A stretch of 58,612 bases of DNA from a virus (IMGVR_UViG_3300027833_000058:1-58612); one strand, 5' to 3'. Positions 28,968 through 38,689 are shown, counted from the first letter of the stretch. The notes: generated by a model not told the origin, from the letters alone. Numbers and translations are program-made.

Positions 28968-30028
28968 TATATATTCTGTGCCTCTACATAAAGTTCGTCA
29001 ATTAATCGTTTAATTTGTATCTTATCAACTTTTGTTTCTAAAGAGTTAATATAGTCATGCAAGATATCTTTTGTATCTTTAGTTTCATCTAACATTTCAT
29101 CAAGACCTTCAGACTCTAAACTAAGAGAATCTTCGATAGCTTTAACATCGGCTGCACCAGCATCAGTCAACTTATTTAGGAACAAGTCATAGATGTATGG
29201 ATTAGTTCTGTTCTTAACAATAACTTTAATAAACGTATCTTTAAGAGCGCTTACATCCAAGTTAGCAATATCTTCGATAGTCATATCAGCATCATCATAT
29301 TCAATTTTATGGAAGATAACGTTAGGATTTAAAATCCATTCTAACTCACGGGTTTCTGTATCTAATACACGGAAGCCACGTTTGCCCTGATGATCTGACC
29401 AAGTCATTTCGTAAGGAGAACCAAGATATGAAATATTGTTATATGTAGATGGATGATGGAAGTGACCTGAGTACACCGCTTCAAAGTTTGTAAATACATC
29501 TCTTGTTAAACCGTGATCACACAAGTGGCCTTTATCCATTTCAAAGCCTTGAATAGAAAAGTGGCCCATACACATATCAGCATCAGACTCACGAATATCT
29601 TTCATCATATCTTTATAGTTACTATTATTAATCCAAGGAACCATCAAGAATTTTGTAGATCCAAGAGTAAGTTCTGCACATTTATCTTCGTAAATATTAA
29701 AATTGTTATACTCACGTAATAGCAAATTCATAGAGTTTACTTCATTCGTGTTTGTATAATATGTTGTATGATTACCTACTAGTGCATGATATTCAATACC
29801 GCGATTAGCGATTTGATCAAAGAAGAACTTCTTACCACGCTCTAGTGATACATAGTTGATAAACTTACGACGATCGAAAGTATCACCAAGATCAAATATG
29901 ATTTTAATATCATGTTCATCAATATAAGGAAAGAACACCTCTGAGAAGAAACGTTCTTGATGATCTAAAAATAATTTAGAATCACCACGAACACCGATAT
30001 GCATATCTGTTACAATTGCTATTTTCAA
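28967..30028 (-). CDS. 47: Recombination nuclease gp47 (SbcD/Mre11-like)
   Basis: TDMH.G, GDTFD, GNH, SGHFH. Confidence 0.95.
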   Translation of the reverse strand: MKIAIVTDMHIGVRGDSKLFLDHQERFFSEVFFPYIDEHDIKIIFDLGDTFDRRKFINYVSLERGKKFFFDQIANRGIEYHALVGNHTTYYTNTNEVNSMNLLLREYNNFNIYEDKCAELTLGSTKFLMVPWINNSNYKDMMKDIRESDADMCMGHFSIQGFEMDKGHLCDHGLTRDVFTNFEAVYSGHFHHPSTYNNISYLGSPYEMTWSDHQGKRGFRVLDTETRELEWILNPNVIFHKIEYDDADMTIEDIANLDVSALKDTFIKVIVKNRTNPYIYDLFLNKLTDAGAADVKAIEDSLSLESEGLDEMLDETKDTKDILHDYINSLETKVDKIQIKRLIDELYVEAQNI

Positions 30029-30037
30029 GATTTTATC

Positions 30038-30619
30038 CTATTTTGTTTTTGGGTCTGCATCTTTTTCTGTATTAGCGTCTTTTTCAATTTTATCAGCTTT
30101 TTTCTTAGCTTTGTCTCTTGCTAATTTATCTTCAAAGTCTTCAATAAAATCATTCATGTAATCTGCTGCTGTACTGAGATGAATATTAAGATCTTCACCA
30201 GAAGAGTATGTACCACCAGTAGTAATCATATGTTGAGAAGACTTGAAACGAATATACATTTGCTTCTTCTCTTTAGCGATTCTACGTAGGAAAGCATACC
30301 AGATAATTTGCGTAAAATATGCAAACGGATTCTGAGATTTTTCTTCATTAAAGTTCATTATATATAATAGACAGTTTTCGATACCGTCTGAGATCATATC
30401 TTCTTTATAAGAATATCCAGAGAAATTTGGTTTTGTTGCTAATCTTGTCGCTATCTGAAATATGCAAGTACCTATGTAATCTGGTACTCTTGGTCTTCCT
30501 TCACCTGCGTCTTCTGCTTCTCTGCAGAGTTGCTTGTATGCGACCAAAGCGTCAAGAAGGTCTCTGTTATTCACGTAATTGCGAGTGGCTCGTCTTTTTG
30601 CCATTGGAAATACCTCCAT
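30038..30619 (-). CDS. 55: Late sigma factor gp55
   Basis: NYVNN, PNFSGY...MI.DGIENC, NPFAYFTQI...AFLRRI.KEK. Confidence 0.95.
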   Translation of the reverse strand: MEVFPMAKRRATRNYVNNRDLLDALVAYKQLCREAEDAGEGRPRVPDYIGTCIFQIATRLATKPNFSGYSYKEDMISDGIENCLLYIMNFNEEKSQNPFAYFTQIIWYAFLRRIAKEKKQMYIRFKSSQHMITTGGTYSSGEDLNIHLSTAADYMNDFIEDFEDKLARDKAKKKADKIEKDANTEKDADPKTK

Positions 30620-30710
30620 TGATGTAGTTAAAATCTATTTAAATCTAATATAACACAGTTATGCACAGGTGTCAACTAGTTTGTTGAAAATAATTAATTT
30701 TAAAATAATT

Positions 30711-30750
30711 GAAAATAACAGTTGACAACCTTATCAAGTAGGTGTATAAT
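30711..30750 (+). promoter_or_regulatory. Consensus sigma70 promoter TTGACA-17-TATAAT, antisense to uvsW
   Basis: Perfect hexamers preceded by the phage's GAAAATAAC.G motif. Confidence 0.65.
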
Positions 30751-30786
30751 AGGATTATATCCTTTAAACCATTATAGTCCCAGTCA

Positions 30787-32304
30787 TTATATATCTACTG
30801 TGTAGACCTTAAAGTTAAACTGCTGGGTACCATATATCTCAATTCTCTTCTTAAAATGTTGTAAAGTATAGTTCTCGAATGATCCATGTGTCAAGTCATC
30901 AGTAATATCATATAGTGTAGCCTTATCGGCGTCGTTGCCCTTTCTTAGGGCACGACCAATTGATTGCAATACTTTGACTTCAGATTTAGAACCAGAAGCA
31001 AATATGATGTTATCAAGCTTCTTCAAATTTACACCTGTTGAGAATACTCCATAAGAAGCAAGGATGTTATGTTGTTTGATAGGATCATTTTCAATGAGAT
31101 GTCTGATGCGTTCTCGTTCATCACCCTTAGTAGCACCATATATGAAGTGCAGGTTTCTGCCTTCTTTTTGAAGCATAGGTTCTAAGATCTTTCCGTGTTT
31201 CTCAACAAGATCAAACAAGACTAAATTATTCTGTCCTTCGAGAGACCACAATAAATTTCTAATGAAAATATTTCTTTTGTCATTATTAACTAAGAATTCT
31301 CGCTCAGCAGGATAACGTTTCTGAGACTCTTTAATCTTCTTAAATTCTGTGTAAAAATTCTTACGAGCATCTTTACTATGTGAAAGAACAATTGCTTTAA
31401 TATTAAAATCAGCAACAGTACCAGCATCCATAAGATCTTTTGTAGTAACGTGACTACGAACAGAACCAAAACAACCCTCTAGAACAAGACGGTGTGTTTT
31501 ACTTTCTTCTGATTTTAAAGTACCGGTAAAGCCGTGACGATAATAACATTCATCAAGACCTTCCATAATTTTTTGAAGTGATTTAGCTTGGAATAAGTGT
31601 GCCTCATCTCCAAGCACAACTTTGAATTGGCTTAACCAATCTTTACCAACTTTCATTAGTGACTGCCAAGTTGATATAACTATAGGGGAAGATGTATTCT
31701 TATCAACACCACCTTGAATTTTATATATCATAGATGGGTCACAACCATAGTCCTGAAAATCACCGGCCATCTGATGCACCAACGAAATAGTTGGAACAAT
31801 AATCAATGTACGATGTTCAAATGCTCTATAGTAATGTTGTTGTATTAGATAGATAATTAATGATTTACCTGAAGATGTAGGAGATAATGATAATGATCTG
31901 TTATCTCTGATAGCATCTACGACATATTGATTTTGATAATCTCGTGGTGTGAATGGACAATTTACTTCTTTAGCCATCTCATATCCATAATCATCTGGAA
32001 CAGATTCACCATTCATTAAATGATCTGGAGCATTAAGCTGATAACCACGTTCTTCACAGAATTTTTTAAGGCGAGGAAATAGACCTACGTATAGAACAGG
32101 ACGCATTGGCTGATATAATCTAATTACACCATCCCACATACGATTCTTGTAAGCCGGGCTAAACTGATATCCAGCAGGTTTAAAAGAAAAGTAGTCTGAG
32201 AGTTCCATGCGAACACCAGAATCACCTGTCACAAGTAAGTGTACAGCATTCTTTTGTTCTACGTTTAGTACGTCTGGCATATGATCACCTTTATTCATTA
32301 TCAA
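30787..32304 (-). CDS. uvsW: RNA-DNA/DNA helicase UvsW
   Basis: SPTSSGKS, DEAH, TGT, QSIGR.LR. Confidence 0.95.
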   Translation of the reverse strand: MIMNKGDHMPDVLNVEQKNAVHLLVTGDSGVRMELSDYFSFKPAGYQFSPAYKNRMWDGVIRLYQPMRPVLYVGLFPRLKKFCEERGYQLNAPDHLMNGESVPDDYGYEMAKEVNCPFTPRDYQNQYVVDAIRDNRSLSLSPTSSGKSLIIYLIQQHYYRAFEHRTLIIVPTISLVHQMAGDFQDYGCDPSMIYKIQGGVDKNTSSPIVISTWQSLMKVGKDWLSQFKVVLGDEAHLFQAKSLQKIMEGLDECYYRHGFTGTLKSEESKTHRLVLEGCFGSVRSHVTTKDLMDAGTVADFNIKAIVLSHSKDARKNFYTEFKKIKESQKRYPAEREFLVNNDKRNIFIRNLLWSLEGQNNLVLFDLVEKHGKILEPMLQKEGRNLHFIYGATKGDERERIRHLIENDPIKQHNILASYGVFSTGVNLKKLDNIIFASGSKSEVKVLQSIGRALRKGNDADKATLYDITDDLTHGSFENYTLQHFKKRIEIYGTQQFNFKVYTVDI

Positions 32305-32321
32305 CTATATACTACTATTTA

Positions 32322-32780
32322 TTAGTATTCGCCATGTTGAAATTTCAGTATGGCAATCATGTTATTGATAATGAAGTTTCTGCTGTGGATAGTTTTTACA
32401 ATATCCTCTAGGAAATCAGCATTTGCTGTATGAAAATCAATTTTAAGACTCAGACGGATAATATCAGCATCTGCTTGTAAATGCTTATCGAGATCTTGTC
32501 TAATGATTTTCTTTTGCTGCGGTTTCCATCCACGATCACGTAGATCTTCTTCAGCCATAGAACCATCAAGCCACTCACGTTTAGCAAGCTCAAGTTCTTT
32601 GTAATCATAACGAAGCTTCTTTACTTTCAAAGCTTCCTTATAATACATACCATAATACTTGTTGTGTAAGATGGGAATTTTCTTAGCTTCCCCACCGAGA
32701 TTTGATTCGTCGATCTTAACATCTTCAGCCCAGATCGCGCTAATTTCTTCAGTACTCATTATAACTATTCCTCTATTCAC
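32322..32780 (-). CDS. uvsY: Recombination mediator UvsY
   Basis: W.ED.KID, IP.LH.KY, R.F.I.N.I...KF..G; adjacent to uvsW. Confidence 0.88.
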   Translation of the reverse strand: MNRGIVIMSTEEISAIWAEDVKIDESNLGGEAKKIPILHNKYYGMYYKEALKVKKLRYDYKELELAKREWLDGSMAEEDLRDRGWKPQQKKIIRQDLDKHLQADADIIRLSLKIDFHTANADFLEDIVKTIHSRNFIINNMIAILKFQHGEY

Positions 32781-32820
32781 GTCACTTTATAATATATTAT
32801 AACACAGGAATGCACTAATG

Positions 32821-33309
32821 TCAAGGCATTTTTTCAAAGCTCATATTTGTATATCTGAAAGTAACGTTAACTTCTGGGTATTGAACATCAGTATTCGTTA
32901 CGTCTAGAGGAACACCACTGATGGATGTTGGAAAGGCTTCTGTGAAAGTAAATTTAAGATTTCCAATTCTAGCACTATTCTCAATTATGACTGATATATC
33001 AGATCTCTCGCCTGCCTTACTAGCTTGTAGGTCAGCTCTTTGTTTGGTATTTTCAGGAGTACCCATTCCTTCCATCCACCTTAAAATCTCTTCATAATTA
33101 GACATGTTCTCATCTGCTATAAAGGAGAGGTCAAGATCTGCGTATTCCACGCGATCCGGTGTTTGATAAATACGATGAATAGGGGATTGCTGCTCTGGAG
33201 CATTCATACTAAGACTAGGCAAAGTTACCCTTTGTGTAAAAAATTCTACATGAGGGAGCCTATCTATAACGATCTTAAATGAGATCGGTGACAAATAATT
33301 TGTAATCAT
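32821..33309 (-). CDS. Tail completion / tube terminator protein, gp3-like
   Basis: NYLSP..FK..I.RLP.VEFF.Q...LP, F..DENM.NY.EI..W, F..AFP.S.S. Confidence 0.8.
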   Translation of the reverse strand: MITNYLSPISFKIVIDRLPHVEFFTQRVTLPSLSMNAPEQQSPIHRIYQTPDRVEYADLDLSFIADENMSNYEEILRWMEGMGTPENTKQRADLQASKAGERSDISVIIENSARIGNLKFTFTEAFPTSISGVPLDVTNTDVQYPEVNVTFRYTNMSFEKMP

Positions 33310-33347
33310 TCTAAATTTCCTATTGACATTATGTTAAGCTTATGGTA

Positions 33348-33359
33348 TATTTATAAATA
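33348..33359. promoter_or_regulatory. Palindromic bidirectional late promoter TATTTATAAATA
   Basis: TATAAATA on both strands between divergent units. Confidence 0.65.
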
Positions 33360-33387
33360 CAACACCTGATCAATGGTAGGAAAGCAC

Positions 33388-33459
33388 ATGTCTGACGAAA
33401 AACCAATAGGTTATGATGACCCTTTTGATGACTGTACACATTGGCTGGGTAAAATATAA
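33388..33459 (+). CDS. Putative 23-aa peptide MSDEKPIGYDDPFDDCTHWLGKI
   Basis: AGGAAAG RBS; downstream of a late and a sigma70-like promoter. Confidence 0.4.
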   Translation: MSDEKPIGYDDPFDDCTHWLGKI

Positions 33460-33492
33460 TATAAAGGAATATATATAATGATGAAATTAAAT

Positions 33493-33532
33493 GAAAATAA
33501 CTGTTGACATTACTGTGTCTATGGTATAGAAT
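33493..33532 (+). promoter_or_regulatory. Early sigma70 promoter TTGACA-17-TAGAAT
   Basis: Preceded by GAAAATAACTG. Confidence 0.75.
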
Positions 33533-33560
33533 GGCTATATAAATTAATGGAGATTAAGCT

Positions 33561-35393
33561 TTGAGTGAAGATTTTAGAATATTAACTGCACGACAACACG
33601 TCAGAGAACGTATTGGAATGTATATGGGTTCAAGCTCTAAAGAAGATATTGAACGTTTTGTTATGGGCGAGTGGAAAACATCTTACTATGTTCCTGCCTT
33701 ATCTAAAATGGTAGATGAAATTCTTGATAACGCAATTGATGAAGCAATCCGTACTAACTTCAAGTTTGCTAATAAAATTGACGTGTCTGTTAAGAATGGT
33801 GTGGTTGTTGTAACAGACAATGGCCGTGGTATTCCACAGGATGAAATCTTTGACGAAGCTTCAGGCGATAAAATTCTTCGCCCAGTTGCTGCTTGGACAC
33901 GAGTTAATGCCGGTACATCGTTCGATGATGAACGAGTAACTATTGGTACTAACGGCGTTGGTTCAGCAGCTACTAACTTCTTATCTTCTAAGTTTGTTGG
34001 TAAAACTTGGTGTAAAGGTAAGCGAGTTGAAGTTCGTTGTAAAGATGGTGGTGACTCTATTGATGTACAAGTAAAAACTGGTATTGATGGAAGCGGTACT
34101 GAAGTTTCTTTTGTACCAGATTATTCTCTCTTTGAAGTAGAAGATTTAGATGCTCTTGATACAGTATCTCTTATCGAAGATCGTATGATCAGTCTTCAAA
34201 TGGCATTCCCTGAAATTGCATTCTCATTTAATAAGCGTCGTATTAAGGTAAATGATCTTAAGAAATATGCTAAGTTATTTGTAGGTGAAGAAGGTGAATT
34301 CATTATAGAAAAAACTGAGAACCTTTCATTCTTCTATGCTTCTTCTGAAGATGGCTTCCGTTCTAATTCATTCGTTAATGGCGTTAACACTCGTCAAGGC
34401 GGTACATATGTTGACTTCCTTACTAACGGCGTATTAGACGAACTTGGTACAATGATTAAACGTAAGCATAAGATTGAAGTTGCTAAGTCGACTATTAAGA
34501 ATGGTCTTACGTTTGTAATGTTTGCAAGAAACTTTACTAATCCAAAATTTGATTCACAAACAAAAGAACGTTTAACGAATCCAATGACTAACGTTCGTGA
34601 GCATACTATTCAAGCAGGTATTAAAGATGCTGCTTCTATTGCTCGTAAAATTCTTAACACACCATCAATCATTGATCCTATTGTTGAAGCACAACTTGCA
34701 AAGAAAATTGCTGCTGATCGTAGGGCTGCTACTCTTGCACAGAAAAAGCTTCGTAAAGTTAAAGTAGCAAAACATATCTCAGCAAACCGTGATGATGCCA
34801 CTCTTAAAATTGTAGAGGGCGATTCAGCGATGGGATTCCTGCTGAAGGTACGTGATCCTAATAAGGTTGGTGCTTACCCATTACGTGGAGTTATCATGAA
34901 CACCTGGGACATGAAACCAGCAGATGTTCTAAAGAATAAAGAATTATCAGAATTAGTATCAGTTCTTGGATTAGATATTACTGATCCAAATAGCATTGAC
35001 GATATGACATATAAACATATTGCAATTCTAACTGACGCCGATCACGATGGTATTGGACACATTAGTCCTTTGCTTATCGCTTTCTTTTACAAGTTTTGGC
35101 CACGGCTATTACTCGAAAAGAAAGTTAAGATCACTCGAACTCCGATTATGATTTCTACTAAAGCTAAATTAGTTAAGTGGTTCTATGCATACGAGGAAGC
35201 AAGTGAATTTAAGTCTAACCAATCTGGATGGAAGCATCGATATATTAAAGGACTGGGTAGTTTACAAGAAGAAGAATATTCAACCATCATCAATCAACCT
35301 GTATATGATACGGTTACAGTTGACGACGCTAAAACATTCGAAATGATGTTTGGCAAAGAAAGTCAACTCCGTAAAGATTACATGATGGCATAG
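33561..35393 (+). CDS. 39: DNA topoisomerase II large subunit (gp39+gp60 fused)
   Basis: EILDNAIDE, DNGRGIP, GTNGVG, EGDSA, PLRG, DADHDG, YIKGLG. Confidence 0.95.
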   Translation: MSEDFRILTARQHVRERIGMYMGSSSKEDIERFVMGEWKTSYYVPALSKMVDEILDNAIDEAIRTNFKFANKIDVSVKNGVVVVTDNGRGIPQDEIFDEASGDKILRPVAAWTRVNAGTSFDDERVTIGTNGVGSAATNFLSSKFVGKTWCKGKRVEVRCKDGGDSIDVQVKTGIDGSGTEVSFVPDYSLFEVEDLDALDTVSLIEDRMISLQMAFPEIAFSFNKRRIKVNDLKKYAKLFVGEEGEFIIEKTENLSFFYASSEDGFRSNSFVNGVNTRQGGTYVDFLTNGVLDELGTMIKRKHKIEVAKSTIKNGLTFVMFARNFTNPKFDSQTKERLTNPMTNVREHTIQAGIKDAASIARKILNTPSIIDPIVEAQLAKKIAADRRAATLAQKKLRKVKVAKHISANRDDATLKIVEGDSAMGFLLKVRDPNKVGAYPLRGVIMNTWDMKPADVLKNKELSELVSVLGLDITDPNSIDDMTYKHIAILTDADHDGIGHISPLLIAFFYKFWPRLLLEKKVKITRTPIMISTKAKLVKWFYAYEEASEFKSNQSGWKHRYIKGLGSLQEEEYSTIINQPVYDTVTVDDAKTFEMMFGKESQLRKDYMMA

Positions 35394-35411
35394 TAAAAAG
35401 GGAAACAAAAG

Positions 35412-35618
35412 ATGACGTTACGCGAACAAATTCTAGAATCACTGAAATCTCATGCTGTTGGACATATCAATAAGCATAAGATGAATGTTGAAATCTATCT
35501 AACCAATCCAGCCGGTATTGGTGAACACCCAGATGTTCTAGAAGCTATTGAAGCAGAACTCAAAGTTATTGCAGAATACGAAGATCAACTGCAATTGATT
35601 GACAAATATTTCAAATAA
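35412..35618 (+). CDS. Conserved hypothetical protein of marine T4-like phages
   Basis: NVEIYL.NPAGIGEHPD motif. Confidence 0.7.
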   Translation: MTLREQILESLKSHAVGHINKHKMNVEIYLTNPAGIGEHPDVLEAIEAELKVIAEYEDQLQLIDKYFK

Positions 35619-35621
35619 GTT

Positions 35622-35661
35622 GAAATTAACTGTTGACAAACACGTAGAACTAGTATAGAAT
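35622..35661 (+). promoter_or_regulatory. Early sigma70 promoter TTGACA-17-TAGAAT
   Basis: Preceded by GAAATTAACTG. Confidence 0.75.
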
Positions 35662-35687
35662 AGTACTATATTAAATAAGGAACCAAT

Positions 35688-37043
35688 ATGAGTTTAGATC
35701 AGTTCATATCACAAGAAGACAATAAGACCTCTCTAGGTGAATACCCTATAAGTAAGGTAGCCTCGAACGAGTGGAAATCTTTCGCAATGTATACTGTGGA
35801 ATCTAGAGCGATTCCTAATATGATAGATGGATTAAAACCAGTTCAACGCTTTTATCTTTACTCGTCACTTATCAACTCAAAGCGAGACTTCAAGAAAGTG
35901 TCCGCTGTAGCTGGTATCATTAGTGACTATGGATATAACCACGGAGAGGCTAGCGCAGCAGGGGCGGGTCAGTTGATGGCCGCAACGTGGAATAATAACA
36001 TTTGCTTAGTCGAAGGCCGTGGTTCCTTTGGTACTCGACTAATTCAAGAAGCAGGTGCACCACGTTATGTATATACAAGGCTCAGTGAAAACTTTGAGAA
36101 GTATATCCGGGATATCGATCTCGCCCCTGCTCACGACGATCCTGAGCATGAACCACCATCGTTCTATGTACCTGTGATACCTCTAGTGTTAGCTAATGGT
36201 ACTAAGGGTATTGCTACTGGGTTTGCTACAAACATCCTTCCACGAAGCCAGAAATCACTCTCACGTGCTGTTAGTGAATATTTGTCAAGTGGTACTATTA
36301 AGAAGCGTATTCCAATTACTTTCCCAGACTTTAAAGGTAAAGTTGTATGGGATACTGCTAACGATCGCTATAGCATTCTTGGTGTTTATGAAAAGAAATC
36401 CAAGACTGTTATGGAAATTACTGAAGTACCATACGGATATGATCGAGAGTCTTATGTTAAGATCCTTGATAAACTAGAAGACGATGGTGATATAGTATCC
36501 TATGATGATCTATGTGACAAAGCTGGTTTCTCTTTTGAGATTAAGCTTAAGCAAAATACTAGTGCTAACTGGGATAATGAAAAGATCATTCGTAAATTCA
36601 AGCTAAGTAAACCTGCATCTGAGAATATTACTGTTATTGATTATGATGGTAAGCTTCGTGAGTATGATGATGAACGTGAGCTTGTTAAACACTTCTGTGA
36701 TTATCGTCTTGGTATACTACATAAGCGTATTGAACTTCGTCAAGCAGAAGCCTCAGAATTAGCTCGTTGGTTGAAGATTAAGATGGAATTTATCCAATCT
36801 GTCCTTGATGATAAAATCATTTTCAAGAATCGTAAGAAAGCAGATGTCGGTAAACAGATCTTAGATAATACCGATGCTATTGATTCAGATGTGGATAAGT
36901 TACTACGTGTTAACATTATGAGCCTCACAGATGAAATGGTAAGGGAACTATCCAAGGAAATTAAATCAGCTCAAGCAGAACGTACGTTTTGGAGTAAAGA
37001 AACACCTAAAAACCAGTTTACAACAGATTTAGAAGGATTATAG
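35688..37043 (+). CDS. 52: DNA topoisomerase II medium subunit gp52
   Basis: RAIP..IDGLKPVQR, Y.HGE, G.FG, APRY catalytic Tyr, GIATGF. Confidence 0.95.
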   Translation: MSLDQFISQEDNKTSLGEYPISKVASNEWKSFAMYTVESRAIPNMIDGLKPVQRFYLYSSLINSKRDFKKVSAVAGIISDYGYNHGEASAAGAGQLMAATWNNNICLVEGRGSFGTRLIQEAGAPRYVYTRLSENFEKYIRDIDLAPAHDDPEHEPPSFYVPVIPLVLANGTKGIATGFATNILPRSQKSLSRAVSEYLSSGTIKKRIPITFPDFKGKVVWDTANDRYSILGVYEKKSKTVMEITEVPYGYDRESYVKILDKLEDDGDIVSYDDLCDKAGFSFEIKLKQNTSANWDNEKIIRKFKLSKPASENITVIDYDGKLREYDDERELVKHFCDYRLGILHKRIELRQAEASELARWLKIKMEFIQSVLDDKIIFKNRKKADVGKQILDNTDAIDSDVDKLLRVNIMSLTDEMVRELSKEIKSAQAERTFWSKETPKNQFTTDLEGL

Positions 37044-37046
37044 CCT

Positions 37047-37208
37047 ATGAAATATCGATTGTATATGTTTGCATACGATCAACATCAGCGTCGCAGAGAT
37101 AAGAAATTAAATCTAGCTTGGTTGGTTAATTTATTCTATAGGAATAATCCAGATTATTGTCTTGAAGTTTGGGTAGAAAGAACTCTATCCAGTAAGCGGG
37201 TAACATGA
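37047..37208 (+). CDS. Small hypothetical protein (53 aa)
   Basis: Manual translation MKYRLYMFAYDQHQRR...; ATGA overlap with the next gene. Confidence 0.5.
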   Translation: MKYRLYMFAYDQHQRRRDKKLNLAWLVNLFYRNNPDYCLEVWVERTLSSKRVT

Positions 37209-37594
37209 AAATTGAAGTTACTGATCTCGACGTTAGTTTAACAGAAAACTTTATCAATTTTTGTTGTGATGATCTAGGTGTATATCCTGATTTAATTACC
37301 GTAGAAGGATGGGACGAAAAGTTTCCAAGTGGTGCTACTGGTCTTTGCTATGAGGTAGACTTTAAAGAAGAATATATTATTATGGTATCAAAAGAAGGTC
37401 GTAATACAACAGAGATATATGATACCATTGCACATGAAATGATTCACGTTAAGCAGTTCATGGTAGATAATCTAAGTAAGAATTTATGTCAAGAATCACG
37501 CCCACATTATACTGAACGTTGGTGGGAAATAGAAGCTAAAGAAAATAGTTTTGATATGGTGAAAAAATATGTTGACATTCTAATGAACGTGTGA
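37205..37594 (+). CDS. Zincin-like metallopeptidase
   Basis: TIAHEMIHVKQ, Y....WE.EA. Confidence 0.75.
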   Translation: MKIEVTDLDVSLTENFINFCCDDLGVYPDLITVEGWDEKFPSGATGLCYEVDFKEEYIIMVSKEGRNTTEIYDTIAHEMIHVKQFMVDNLSKNLCQESRPHYTERWWEIEAKENSFDMVKKYVDILMNV

Positions 37595-37619
37595 TAGTAT
37601 AAACTATAAGGTGGAAATA

Positions 37620-37741
37620 ATGCAAGACTTAATAACAGCAAATATATTATTCTGGATTTTTTGGGGATTTATTTCCTACCTTCCATATATGATTTTTCAA
37701 TCAGCCATAGACTCATATGGTATTGAAGATGATGAAGATTA

Positions 37742-37742
<1 letters not shown>
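37620..37742 (+). CDS. Small membrane peptide (40 aa)
   Basis: AAGGTGG RBS, one TM segment, sigma70-like promoter upstream. Confidence 0.5.
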
Positions 37743-37818
<76 letters not shown>

Positions 37819-37976
37819 GAAAACCCTCACAAGGGGTTAATCTTATCTTCCGATTGTACACGGTTTAGATAAGTGGGTATATCATCTGGTACCGACGGAA
37901 ACCCAGGCGCTTCTATTGGCGGGACAATAGATAAGGGGAGGGGCAAGCTGCAGCAAACCCCTCCCTTGATTATTAA

Positions 37977-38054
37977 TGGATCGTAGCACAGCCTGGTAGT
38001 TGCGCCTGTCCCTGCGGCAGGAGGTCGTAGGTTCGAATCCTATCGATCCAGCCA
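37977..38054 (+). tRNA. tRNA-Gln(CTG)-like with aberrant anticodon loop
   Basis: Acceptor TGGATCG/CGATCCA, G73, CCA, canonical T arm; loop CCCTGCG. Confidence 0.7.
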
Positions 38055-38076
38055 ATTAAATTTTAAGAGGAAAATT

Positions 38077-38343
38077 ATGAAAGATAATGACGTAGTAACA
38101 GTTGTAGCACCTACTGGCGAATATGTAGGTAGGATGCTTAAGTTTGATGAAACCGGTATTGTATTACAAAATCCCAGAATGATTACTTATTCAGAAGATG
38201 GTATGGGATTCGCAGCAGGTATTGCAGCAACAGGTAATCCAGATCCAAAAGAAGTAACTATTATGAATATTGTATTTGTTACTGAGTGTAATGTTGAGAT
38301 TGTTAAAGCTTGGCATCAAGCAACATCAGGAATTATCTTGTAG
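38077..38343 (+). CDS. Hypothetical protein, possibly Sm-like beta fold
   Basis: GE.VG...L.NP.. pattern; C-terminal TSGIIL. Confidence 0.6.
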   Translation: MKDNDVVTVVAPTGEYVGRMLKFDETGIVLQNPRMITYSEDGMGFAAGIAATGNPDPKEVTIMNIVFVTECNVEIVKAWHQATSGIIL

Positions 38344-38345
38344 TA

Positions 38346-38522
38346 ATGTGGGTTTTAGTTTTTATATATTTCTATGAAACCATGCCATTTGTAGAAAAAG
38401 TAACTGTTGCTGATACAATGGAAAATTGTTTTCTAGCAAGAGAAGCTCTTTCAATGGATGTTGGTAAAGGAGATGGATATTTTATTGAAGGCCAACAAGC
38501 AGTTTGTATTAAAATAGAATAG
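38346..38522 (+). CDS. Small hypothetical protein, probable start MWVLVFI
   Basis: Hydrophobic N-terminus and a Cys pair. Confidence 0.55.
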   Translation: MWVLVFIYFYETMPFVEKVTVADTMENCFLAREALSMDVGKGDGYFIEGQQAVCIKIE

Positions 38523-38523
38523 T

Positions 38524-38607
38524 GCCCGCGTGGTGGAATGGTAGACACTACAGACTTAAAATCTGTTGCTTTACAGCGTACCGGTTCGAGTCCGGTCGCG
38601 GGTACCA
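38524..38607 (+). tRNA. tRNA-Leu(TAA)
   Basis: Cloverleaf with long variable arm, loop CTTAAAA, CCA. Confidence 0.95.
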
Positions 38608-38612
38608 AAAGG

Positions 38613-38689
38613 ACTCCTCTAGCTCAACTGGTTAGAGCTGAGCGCTCATAACGCTTAGGTTACAGGTTCGAGTCCTGTGGGGAGTACCA
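38613..38689 (+). tRNA. tRNA with CAT anticodon (elongator Met or Ile2)
   Basis: Cloverleaf, loop CTCATAA, paired 1:72 so not an initiator, CCA. Confidence 0.9.

Noticed and set aside
33561-35393. Possible T4 gene 60-style ribosomal bypass or intron in topoisomerase
   Set aside because: Single uninterrupted ORF with all motifs
38372-38608. 78-aa minus-strand ORF MVPATGLEPVR
   Set aside because: Typical reverse-complement translation of a tRNA (Leu)
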